Part shown: positions 25,235-36,858 of the stretch, in pieces
Numbering within the stretch: the stretch's first letter is position 1
Layout: every line of letters begins with the position of its first letter
DNA from: Octopus vulgaris
Lineage: Eukaryota
Direction of reading: 5' to 3'
Assembly (NCBI GenBank): GCA_951406725.2
Contig: OX597818.1
Span: 146,072,001-146,136,000 of the forward strand
Length of the DNA: 64,000 bases
Notes under the pieces: generated by a model
Told to the model about the DNA's origin: nothing
The model's input: only the letters and a program-made list of their open reading frames with translations
Database searches by the model: none
Position numbers and translations under genes: made by a program

Positions 25235-26049
25235 ACGCACACACACACACACATACACACACACACACGAACACACACGAACACAGGCAAGTACAAGCAC
25301 ACACGCACACCACACACACACACGCTCACAGGCACACACGCACACAGGCACACACACGCACATATGCACACACAGGCACACACACACACACTATATATAC
25401 CAGATTATCCACAGTCAAAACCAATATCATTAGTCGATTCTTCGCAACCCTTACATGTTCTGCACTGGGTTTTTATATTCCATTTCACTTTTTAGTAGCT
25501 TCTAGTAGGAAGGCTTTTAGTTTTGTGTTTCAAAAGTCCATTCTTATATTTGAGACTTGCACTTCTTGACTGCTGCTGGACCTTTTCTTTATCTAAACCC
25601 CTTTCGCTTAACACTGTCTGCTATTGGCAAACATTTTAGAATTACATTTTGTAATCCCATTCACAATGTATACTTTAATTATTTATACTAATTTCTGTCA
25701 TTAATTTTCCATTCCCCCCCCCTCGCGGCAGTCTGTTACTTCAGCCTCTTTATTAGTTTTGTTGGTTTCTTCGTTGACAGAAAACTGTTTAATTTGAATT
25801 TTGTTATGTTTTACATCTGTGTATATCAGCCACTCTTTACTGTTTCGTAGATAATCTGTTCTTCCTTAATAAATATTTTATAAATGTGTTTGTGTAACAT
25901 CAATAATTCAGTAGCGTTTTTTGGGTGGTGGCTTCGAAACGCAGTCATTACTTTACTTCTATTTTGCTAATTCTTTTAGCGTCCAGTTAAGAATATTGAA
26001 AATATATTAATGACGTATGTTATCTGTTACCTTTACTTTTAATATTTAA

Positions 26050-28490
26050 CCCTTGGTCTACCAGAGAAAATGCATGTCACTAATTACCAACTGGGTCCAA
26101 TGGACCTAATATTTTTCTTTTAATTAAATTTTATTCAAGCTACCACTATTTCTTTGCTACATTATATATGCTATCAGGTGAATGAAGAATTACAGCTTAC
26201 AGAATATATTATAAATTAAGAAAATGACAAAAATACAGAATTACAGCTCTTCATGACAATGAATGCAGACAACATTGGAATATTCTTGGCAAATATGGAT
26301 ATTACAATTCTTACATGTAGTTCGAGTTTTCCTGTCTTCTTTTTTTGGACTACACAAAGAACATCTTCCTTTTTGCTTTGGCTGAGGAATCTCAAATGAA
26401 GCTGAAGATCGTCTTCTTTTCTTGTTTGGTTGAGAAATGTTAGCGGAACTAGAAGATTGTTTGTCATGTTCTTGTTTAGCATCAACTCCAGCAAATTCCT
26501 TTCTTAACTGAATTAGGCTCCGTCTTCTTTTATCCTTGAAACTCTGCAAGTGAAGCTGTTTAACAACAATGAAAACATTCACTGCATTTACATCAATCAT
26601 GTTGTAGAATATAACCCTAGGCCATCTTCGAGTCATTCTTTTGCAAGCGTATACCCGTACCATCTTATCTAGCGTATCTACCTTCTTTTCTTTTCTTGTA
26701 ACATGCAATAACTCCAGGTTTCTTTTCAGTACCTTTTGAATCAATTGAAGGCTGAGAGTACATTGTACTCATAAGTGTGACGACATAATTTTCCTTGGGA
26801 CAATAGGACAGGATCATAGAATCTTTTTGAAATTCAAATATTGTGCTGTTGATTTCTCTTTCTTTTCCATTTGTAAAAGCACTTAGAAGTTCAACTCTGT
26901 TCTTTCTAATTGTTGCAGCTTTCGAGCTAATCCTAGACTTGTAAACAAATTATCACAAATTATATTGCAACCAGTATTTTCAAGTTCTTTTACTAGGTTT
27001 TGAACAACCTCTGAACCTTGATTTGTTTCTCCCCACTTTTACTGGGTCTTTTTCAGTGTAAATTTGCATTTTACAGGCATAAGATGTTTCACTATCACAT
27101 ATTGCTCAAATTTTAATTCCATATTTCCCTGGTTTGGAAGGAATAAATATCTGGAATGGGCAGCGCCCTCTGAATGAAACTTATTGTTCATCAACTGTCA
27201 TCCATGAACTTGGAACATATCCATCTTGCAAATTCTGATTCGACATTTCAAATACTTCCTTTATGGGCTCCACTTTATCACCACTTCTCTTTTTTCTTCT
27301 TGCACTAGCATCATCAAAGCACAATACTTGTAAAATCTGTTGAAATCGTCCCCGGATCATAATTTTGTTGAATATTGGGCGGCCATCTTCTTAACTCCAC
27401 AACTGTGTGACATTTTCACATTTAGATGTATAAACACCTATAAGAATAGTCAGTCCAATAAATTTCTTTAGTTCAGAGTGATCAATTTCCTTCCATTTAT
27501 CTCTGTAAACAACCTGGCCTTCAACATTTGTCCATTTACGAATTACTTCAAGAAGATTCTGGCGCATAAAGATAGTAAAACATGTTTCAATGTTATCGCA
27601 AGACCTTTTATCAAAAGGGAATGGTCCACATTCTTGGCACACAATACTGCAAGATGAAGTTCTTACTGCTGCTTGAGTAAGATGATTAAAATGTCATACT
27701 TCTTGTTTGTATCTAGAAGCATATCGCTCATTCATAACTGGGTGGCTTGCAGATAATTGTTTTTGAGTATCTTCATCATCTGATGGCGTAGAACCTAAAC
27801 TGTCCAGCACACAATCACTTTCACCATCATCTTCAGAGCAATAGAAGGAATCACTACTATTTTCTTCCCATTCTTCCTCTAATTCCAATAAGCTTTTCGA
27901 TATTTGATCTTCACTCAGATTTTTGTGTTTAGGGATATTGGAAAGCACAACTGAACAATATGGAACTTGATAGCAGACTAAAGGCAGATATTGATCTCTC
28001 ACATATCTATACTCTCCTGAAAGATGATGCACTATATTGTAAGAATTGTGTCATCACATAGAAATATTGCATCACCCTATAACCTAGCAGATTGAAGGTG
28101 ATGCAATACCACACAAATTTACAAGAATATTTTCATAATTTTTCCTATTTTATCTAAAATTCAGCAAGTAAATTGAATATAATTTTATCTATTTTATATC
28201 CGATAATTATTTAGGAAAATAATATTTTATATTGCTTTTATTGTTTAGAATGGCAAGAGTATTGTCTGAATTTATTTCGAGGGTCCAATGGACCCATACG
28301 GTAGTTAATGTATAAAGTGAAATTTTGTAGCTTTTATAAACATACGGAAAATTTTCCATTTGACAAATAAAAGAGAATAAAAAAAAATACGAGTCACGAG
28401 AAATCAGCAGAATCAAATAATATAAACAGTAGGTAAAAGCAACTGAAAAAAACTGAAATGGGTCTATTGGTCCCATTGGCAGACAGAAGG
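26050..28490 (-). mobile_element. Full-length decayed piggyBac (PGBD4-like) transposon
   Basis: TTAA at 26046-26049 and 28491-28494; imperfect TIRs CCCTTGGTCTACCA / CCTTCTGTCTGCCA; subterminal GGGTCCAATGGACC-type repeats at ~26093, 28281, 28460. Confidence 0.95.
26241..27960 (-). pseudogene. piggyBac transposase with frameshifts and stops
   Basis: MTVDEQ..FRGRCPFQIFIPSKPGKYGIK, NIICDNLFT, VDTLDKM (DDD triad), RRWP, C-terminal CSLC..CKNCNIHIC..C..C domain. Confidence 0.93.
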
Positions 28491-29088
28491 TTAACTAGTT
28501 AGTAGTGCATCCTTCAAATTCATTCCTAAACTCTTATATTTCATTTTTTGTATTATGCTCTATATAGTTCATTATTTTCTAAGTATTTGTCAGTCAGTTT
28601 TTGCTATAATTCTCTTATTTCTATTTCTATAGCATTTCTTTCAAGATACCATTTGGATTTTATTAATGTTTCATTCTACAAGTTTGCCTAGGCACATTTT
28701 TGTAAACCAAATTTGATGTAAATTTCTTTATAAATCCGTGCAGTTTGTAATAATGATTCTATTTGTAAACATCTTCAGCGTACAAATTAGGAGTCGACCC
28801 TATACAAACGATGGCTGATTGTACGCCTATAGCATTTATATTCGAATCCAATCTGCTTTAGTATGTTTGTTGACGTCAGGCAGAAAGGTATGAATTGAGA
28901 AATAAAGAGGGTATCAGAAACATTGAAAATATTTCTCTTTTGATAGGATTCAGCATCTTCTTTTTCATATTTCTCTCTCTCTCTCCCTCTCTCTCTCTCC
29001 CTTCTCTCCTCTCTGTCTTTGAATTTGTGGAATTGCTTGACATTCATTCAGAGTATGCTTCTGTACCTGCTGGTTATCAGTGCTGTTA

Positions 29089-29299
29089 GACGGCGAGCTG
29101 GCAGAAACGTTAGCACGCTGGGCGAAATGCTTAGCGGTATTTCGTCTGTTTACGTTCTGAGTTCAAATTCCGCCGAGGTCGACTTTGCCTTTTATCCTTT
29201 CTGGGTCGATAAATTAAGCACCAGTTGCGTACTGGTATCGATCTAATCGACTGGCCCCTCGGTCAAAATTTCGGGCCTAGTGCCTAGAGTAGAAAAAAA
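29089..29299 (+). mobile_element. SINE family A, well preserved
   Basis: GGCGAGCTGGCAGAAACGTTAGC head, GAGTTCAAATT B-box; TSD AGTGCTGT at 29079-29086 and 29300-29307. Confidence 0.92.
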
Positions 29300-30714
29300 A
29301 GTGCTGTCTTATGCAAATGCTTCCACAATTCACATGTAAGAAATATTGTCAAAAGACATCAGTATTCAATATTCGCCATGCTGATTTTTTAAACCTTCTT
29401 TTGCAGTCTGATGACAGTTTTTTTAAACAGAAATTGATCCTTCTGACCATACGAGATTTTCAGAATATTCTGTCTTGGTAGCGAGTTGATGCGTACCATG
29501 TGGTCTTTTGTATGGTGTAGAAGGGCAGGGTATGGGTCTGTGGGTTTTGTGGTTTATTATATTCGTAGTATTGGAGATTAAGATGGTTTTATCCGCTGTG
29601 AATAATTCAGATTTTATTTCAGGATCTTTCAATAAAGCATTAAATATTTTAGTTAAAGTCTGTTTTGAGCCAAGCCCATTAAATCAGAGATTAACCGGTT
29701 TTGTGATGTTTAAGTATCTAAGAGTTGAAGAACCTCCTCTAAACGGGACGTCAATCCGTCACAGGAATAAACCCCAGAATACTACTGGTATTCATTTTCA
29801 GCTGAGTTGGCTGAAGTGATATGAAATGAAGTCTTTTGCTCAAGAAGACAATCCTGCATTTGTTTCGAAAATCGAACATACGACCTAATGATCGAGAATT
29901 CAATACCCTTAAGACCCCAATTCTTTTGTTTTCATAAGCACTTTGTATGTCTGTTAAATATTTTAACCAGAAATTTACTATTTATTTAGTTAGTTGTGTT
30001 TTCTAGTTGTTCAATGCCTGAGGTATATATTCTGCTGTTATTTGATTGTTACGATTGTTGAGCTGCTGCACACTTATTCTTAGTAATATCATCCTTAACA
30101 ATCCCTTCATTGTCTAAACCTCTCTTCTTGGAGTTCAAATCTCGCCCTGGCGTATTTGAAAGATGTAATTCATGGCCCGGTTTAATACCTCCAGATGGTC
30201 ATTATGTGCATTTCACAATGCCTACACTGTTGTAAAATTCGTGCTAGGTCTTCGGTTCAAGGAAAGCTTTCTCTTTTCCTCTCTCCGTCCAGTCAGTCTC
30301 GGAAATCCCTGAACATGGTCATGCATCAAGCGATAACTAACATTAAGTTTGTCAGCTCCTACTTAACTATGTGTTTTCATGCAGCTAGCGTCACTGGTTA
30401 TTTTAATTTTAAACTAGATCACATTGGTTTCCTTTCCATTTTATATAGATCAAGGAAAAACTAAGATAATGTAATATAGAATTCTATGTCCTTCTTCAAT
30501 AAACCTCAGTCGATCTTTTTAAAATTATATATATATGTATACGTGTGTCTGTGTGTGTTGTGTCTGTGTGCGCGAGAGAGTTGTGTGTGTGTGTGTAGTA
30601 AAAAATGAAAACAGAGGGAAAATGCACAGAATGTATATATTTTTTGAAATAAAATATTAACAGTCTACCGGTTTCGCTTTTGCTAATCACGACTAAGGGA
30701 TTAGTGATATATAT

Positions 30715-31092
30715 TCTTTTATTGTTTCATGACTGTGGCCATGCTGGAGCACCACCTTTAGTCAAACACATCGACCCCAGGATTTATTCTTTGTAAGCCT
30801 TGTACTTATTCTTTCGATCCCTTTTGCCGAACTGCTAAGTTTAGGCGGACGAAAACACACCAACATCGGTTGTCAAGCGATGGTGGGGCGACAAACACAG
30901 ACACATGCACAAAAACACACACATATATATATACGATGGGCTTTCAGTTTCCGTCTACCAAATCCACTCACAAGGCTTTGGTCGCCCCGAGGCTATAGTA
31001 GAAGACGCTTACCCAAAGTGCCACGCAGTAGAACTGAACCCGGAAGCATGTGGTTAGGAAGCAAGCTTCTAGCCACACAGCGACGCTGCGCC
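30715..31092 (-). mobile_element. SINE family B
   Basis: Head-to-tail match to 49782-50212 in reverse complement. Confidence 0.9.
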
Positions 31093-31128
31093 TATGTTGA
31101 AATTAGTGATACATACATACATGCATAC

Positions 31129-31159
<31 letters not shown>

Positions 31160-31168
31160 CATACATAC

Positions 31169-31480
31169 ATACAAAATATCACATGTACAAAGATTATTTG
31201 AGAACGCTCACGTTCTAGATTAGTCGAATTAAACTCGACTCAGTTTTTTAGTGCTTTCAAATCCAAATTAAGAAATGTTGAGCTGACGAAAGAAATGTCG
31301 AGTTTAATTCGACTAATCTAGAAACGTGAGCGTTCTCAAATAATCTTTGTACATGTGATATTTTGTATTTTCCCTCCATATCTACGTGAATTATTTTTGA
31401 GTAAACACTATCTGGGAGACTCTTCTTAAAGTAGTGGAAATGGCTAAAAAAATTTCAGTGTGGCAAATAAATTATACACA

Positions 31481-31547
<67 letters not shown>

Positions 31548-32151
31548 GTATCAATGATTAAGGGTAAAATCAATTAATTATTAATTAATTTCACCAAGTA
31601 GTGTTCAGTATGTAAAGGACCATTGAAGGCGTATTCAATATATTACGTCATATAATTAGGGCTCAATAAAATAATTTACTTTGCCACATACTGAAATTTT
31701 AAAATAGCAGCCAAAAAGTTTTTTAGCCATTTCCACTACTTTAGAAGAGTCTCCCAGGTAGTGTTTACTCAAAAATAATTCAAGTAGATATGGAGGGAAA
31801 ATACAAAATATCACATGTACAAAGATTATTTGAGAACGCTCACGTTTCTAGATTAGTCGAATTAAACTCGATCAGTTTTTAGTGCTTTCAAATCCAAATT
31901 AAGAAATGTTGAGTGACGAAAGAAATGTCGAGTTTAATTCGACTAATCTAGAAACGTGAGCGTTCTCAAATAATCTTTGTACATGTGATATTTTGTATTT
32001 TCCCTCCATATCTACGTGAATTATTTTTAGTACACTATCTGGGAGACTCTTCTTAAAGTAGTGGAAATGGCTAAAAACTTTTTGGCTGCTATTTCTAAAA
32101 ATTTCAGTATGTGGCAAAGTAAATTATTTTACTGAGCCCTAATTATATAAC

Positions 32152-32153
<2 letters not shown>
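31169..32153. mobile_element. Tandem pair of palindromic PLE pseudo-LTR-like units with hammerheads
   Basis: 31169-31247 inverted vs 31297-31370; ~31655-31870 inverted vs ~31927-32153; both units share the same spacer; bounded by (TACA)n and (TA)n. Confidence 0.85.
31278..31339 (+). ncRNA. Hammerhead-like ribozyme (variant E)
   Basis: TTGAG-CTGACGA-AAGAAAT-GTCGAG-TTTA-ATTCGAC-TAATCTA-GAAAC-GTGAGC-GTT-CTCAA; second copy ~31909-31969 lacks C3. Confidence 0.7.
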
Positions 32154-32226
<73 letters not shown>

Positions 32227-33226
32227 TGTATGTATGTATAGTTCTGTTTAGTCAATAAACACACTAATATGTAGAACTTGTTCTATGAAGGTTAAGTGCT
32301 TGCCCAAAAAGACAACGCATCACCAATAATATGATACGAACCATCGATTACTGTTTTAGCTGTTCAATATCCGGTCGACGAGACCATCCACGATCTTTAC
32401 TTCATATCATAAATCTGTTAAAAAACCTACAAATGATGTGACAGAGTCGTTAGAGAGTGAGACTAAATATCTAATGGTATTTGTTCGGCTGTCTGCTCTC
32501 TGAGTTCAAAACCCGCTGAGCTGGACCCTTTCTTTTGGGACCGATGAAAGAAATTACCTGCCAAGCTCAGCAGACAAACAAATTTGCTGGAGCAGTATTT
32601 ATTCAGGCTTTTTGTGTTCCGAGTTTTTGGATGGTAGACTTAATTCGTATCCCGGTTTACCCACCGCTATCTAATACTTAGGTATCTTTTCTAGAGTTCA
32701 CCCTGTTGTAAGTCTCCGGTTTGTAGGATATTTTCCTCCTATCCTTTTTCTAGTCAAGGAAAAGACAAAAAATTGAATATCATGAGAATTTCTCATCCTT
32801 CCTTGACTAAGCAGTAAAACTTTCCCACAAAACTATGACAGTAAGAAATTTATTAGCTTATCCTTTCCTTCATCATTTGTAGCCACAAAACGCTTTTATT
32901 GATTTTCTTCTTGCTAACAGAAATGCCACATACATCAATTAGAGGGGAAGCGTAAACAGTGTGAATGCTTTTGTTCTTTCTTGTTTTCACCAGCCATATT
33001 GTTCGTTTTCTTTCTTTAACATTTTAGCAGGCGCTGGTCATATAATATCGAGTAAATCGTTAATTGATAGCTTATCTGAGTAAGTAAACTGAATGAAAAT
33101 GGCAGATTCTTCAGTTTCCAAGTATACATCACCACAACATTTTATTACTGCTTCAAAACATTAGTATTTATATCTGAACGTATGTATGAACACACACACA
33201 CACACGCACAGACATACACTCATATA

Positions 33227-33284
<58 letters not shown>

Positions 33285-33529
33285 GCTTTTCTGGAATGAC
33301 CAGCACAGGAAGTATGAGTGACACAATGAAGGCAAGGTTACTGATAGAAATTTTCGATAACGCACGTTGTATATTTGCAGTTAATATATAACTATAAGAC
33401 ATTTATTAGCACTAATTTACGATGCAAACACTACACATACACACACGCACTCTCATTCATATACATACATAAAGAAATACGGTAACACGTATATACTGAA
33501 ATACACACATATAATCAAATTGTAATCTC

Positions 33530-34260
33530 ACTTAATCATCTCCGTTTTGTCATGGGTTTGATATGTCTGTCATAGATTTCATAGCTACTCATCTCTTCGT
33601 TATCTTCTCGCCTATAAAGCGAAATTTGTTCTATCTCATCACTTTTCAATAACTTCCTGGTACTCTCCTGCCATAACTCTCACTCCATAGTCACATTCCC
33701 CTCCATTAATATATTTGCATCCCCTATTCTTAACAACGCAGCCCGTTCTGCCGCAAACCGTTAAACAGTTGAATCTAATGTCCAGCCACTCACCTAGCTT
33801 AGCATTTTTAGCTTCTGCAAATTTTCCACATTCAACGCATAATCGCATGTTAGCTTTTCATGAACGCCCGATCTACTAAATACTACTGCGTGAGACACTA
33901 TTTTGTTGTTTACACTTAATCTCAAAAATAAGACTCTAGGTTTCAAAATTCTGCTGCTGCTCTTCTGTAATGAGCACCATGTGATCTGTTTCCAAAGATA
34001 ATCGCCTCGTACTTTCATCTCAACAAATGTTATGCATAGAACAGAGTTAAGGACAGAACCTTGGTGTACAGCTTCACGTGTAAACTAACTTCTTCATTGA
34101 ATTTGCTGCCAATTCTTGCATTGCTGATAATATCCACACTACGGGGATGAAATCCTGTTGAAGACATCCAGGCCGTTTATTAGCAAATGCAGAGCAAAGA
34201 ACTTATCTAGTAGTTGTCTAACAAATGTTTTGAATGCTTTCAATCTCCGCTGATACGAAT
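33530..34260 (-). mobile_element. Old RTE-like LINE RT remnant
   Basis: VHQGSVLNSVL resembles RT motif GVHQGSVLSPLLF; heavily decayed. Confidence 0.6.
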
Positions 34261-34411
34261 TGAATTCAGAATAGACACAGACGTAGCAAAATACGATAAG
34301 ACTTTCTTTCTGGTATTCTTCCTGCGAAATCTAAGCTTTAATCATAACAAATTTACATAATACATTTTTATCTGTTGCTATATTTCGTTTTATCATTTCA
34401 TATTTGATCAA

Positions 34412-34620
34412 AGGCGGTGAGCTGGTAGGATCGTTAGCACGCCGGACAAAGTACTGAGTGGCAATTCTTCTGGCTTTACGTTCAGTGTTCAAATTTCGCC
34501 GAGGTTCAGTTTGCCGTTCATCCATTCGGGGCCGACAAAATAAGAATCAGTTGAGTGCTGAGGTTGATGACATTAACTGTCTCCTTCCCTCAGACTTAAG
34601 GCATTGTGTCTATATCAGAA
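34412..34620 (+). mobile_element. SINE family A
   Basis: GGCGGTGAGCTGGTAGGATCGTTAGC head; TSD TTTCA(T/A)ATTTGATCA at ~34396-34410 and ~34626-34640. Confidence 0.88.
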
Positions 34621-35327
34621 TTAATTTTCAAATTTGATCATTTTTGTCCTAAATTATCTTTATCTGACTCCATTATCAGAAGTTATCTATATCCCAAACT
34701 TACACAAAAATTATCTTTTGAGTTAGAGGTTGTAGTGATCCTATAACGGCGCGCGCTCGCGCACCGTCCATTTGTATTTCGCGCGTGTTGGTGCCTTTAC
34801 CAAGGCAGAGAGAGGAAGGGCCCTCTCGCGCATGCGCGAAGCACCGGAAGAAGAACCCTTTTGCCTACGTAGCAGTTAGCCGAGGCAAGGGGGTCGTAAG
34901 ACGTTGACCACCAGCGTCCAGCAGCAGTGGCGACTTGGGACAGCTGCGACCGAAGGAGACGGACGTGTATTCTCGCTGTCCAGCTTTGATAGCAGTCGGC
35001 CGAAAGCTTTTAACCAAATTGTTGCCGACCACATTCAACTTCCCTGTTCGACGCCATCTTGAACCCGTTCTGGTTTTAGCGGCTGAATATTGTAAATATT
35101 ACAATCGATTAACTTTCAGCCTTGCGCGCCCCGAACCAAGGACATCAGATAACCACTTATTGTTATTGTTACCAAGAAAGAGAATAAAGTAGTATATATA
35201 TATTTTACGTCTGCGTCTTGTTGTTTCTGACTGGTAGAATTCTGGATTATTAAAGCAACGGCTAGTGATTGCTTTCTTGTACCCCGAAAGTACAAGAGAA
35301 GATATTCACTCACGAAGTTCGTTACAG

Positions 35328-35347
35328 TGGTGACCCCCCGACGTGAT
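35328..35347 (+). promoter_or_regulatory. Primer-binding site, tRNA-Trp type
   Basis: TGGTGACCCCCCGACGTGAT equals the tRNA-Trp PBS TGGTGACCCCGACGTGAT plus 2 C, 1 nt after the 5' LTR. Confidence 0.88.
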
Positions 35348-36844
35348 TCTGGTCTAAAACCAGAGATCACTTAACAACAAAGAAATCCAGTTTTTCTGCG
35401 AAGTCGGAACACGATTTAACTCTACGCATTCATCTTTCGACGATTTGTTTCCGTCCTCTCGGACCGTTATAGAAGGAGCCCTTTTTTCTCATTCTTCAAC
35501 ATAATGACGGACGCCATCACATCATCGATGTTTTTTCTCTGCCTTCGTCATCATCATCGTCGTCTTAGAACTTCACGTCGTCGTTATCTTCGTCGCCATC
35601 ATCACTAAGAACGATGTTGTCTCAAGTCCACTACAGTCGCCTTCCTCCACCACCGTCGACCTCCACAAGATGTACATAGCAACTCGCGGAACTTTAGCGT
35701 GCACGCTGTATGTGCATATGCACACCAAGGATAAACAGCACCGTCTATCTACGAGATTCTTCTGTTCCAGTTAACCTGTCACAGCATCGAAGCCACAACC
35801 GTTACACGATATGTGTTCAACCGGCATCTGCATTTTGTGATTTCAACATTTCTGTTACAGAACGAACTGCTATTGTGCTTCAGGCTATTACAGACTGGTA
35901 AATTAACTCTTGTCTGGAATAGCCCCGAGAGACATTTTTTTCTATGCGCTGTATTTTTTGTATTTTGCTCGCATTCACCTTGTATGTATTTCTGTCGCAC
36001 ACACGTACACACACATAAATGCTCTCTCTCACATACATACGTCACACATGCTTTTCTCGCTTGTTTTTTTCCATGCTAAATTTGCCTTTTGTGGACACAC
36101 CTCATTTCTATAGACCCTAGCGGTCACGTATACATAGAGAGGGTTGTTTGTCCATTATAACGCGCCAGCATGTCATACCTTTGTTCCTGTACGAACGAGG
36201 CATATAATCGCTCAACCACTGGCATATTCTTGCTGTTTTTTGGTCTGGCAAGCACTATTGCATTTCATGCGCCTTGCTTCGCACGTGTATTGCCTTGTTT
36301 TTTGCAACACGTTTGCGCTAGCTTAATTCTTTTCCCGACTCATAGGACGTCGGATGTTCACATGCGCTGCGCCATGTTTAGGCGTAATTATTTTCCCCTG
36401 TTAGACCACTGTTTGGTCACGTAATTAACAGAAAATTATCTGTGTCGCGCATCACACCAGCATGTTTGCACTTTTGCCTTTTGTGTTACTAGCGAGCTTC
36501 TGTCAATTCCATTTCCTCTCCTGCAGCAATTGATTTAACTGCTATTTCGCAGGATCAACTACCTTTAGAGAAGTTGGATTTTAATTTTCGCCTAGGTTCA
36601 ATAACTGTGAGTTCTGCCTTTTCTTCCGCTCCCTACAGCGGAAGGCTCTATACTTTGTGACGTATACACTTTCATGCATGCACTCTTGATTTTTGCTCAT
36701 TGAGTATTTTTTCTCTTGTTCCTTTAGTAAATTTCTTGTGTATGTTATAAATTTTGCCATTATATTATTGTGTGCTATTTGGTTATCTGGTGTCCACCTT
36801 GAGTTTTGCAGTCACTACAATAAGTTTCCTTTCGTGCGTACGCA

Positions 36845-36858
36845 CTGGAGGGGAGCCT
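36845..36858 (+). promoter_or_regulatory. Polypurine tract
   Basis: CTGGAGGGGAGCCT immediately 5' of the 3' LTR. Confidence 0.8.

Noticed and set aside
25900-25955. TTCGAAACGCAGTCATTAC resembling a hammerhead 3' half
   Set aside because: No CUGANGA core or stem II partner upstream.
26241-27960. Domesticated PGBD host gene
   Set aside because: Multiple frameshifts and stops with retained TIRs and TTAA indicate a dead transposon.
31169-32153. Repeat-spacer appearance suggesting a CRISPR array
   Set aside because: Long inverted and tandem arms with identical spacers in eukaryotic DNA; no cas genes and no unique spacers.
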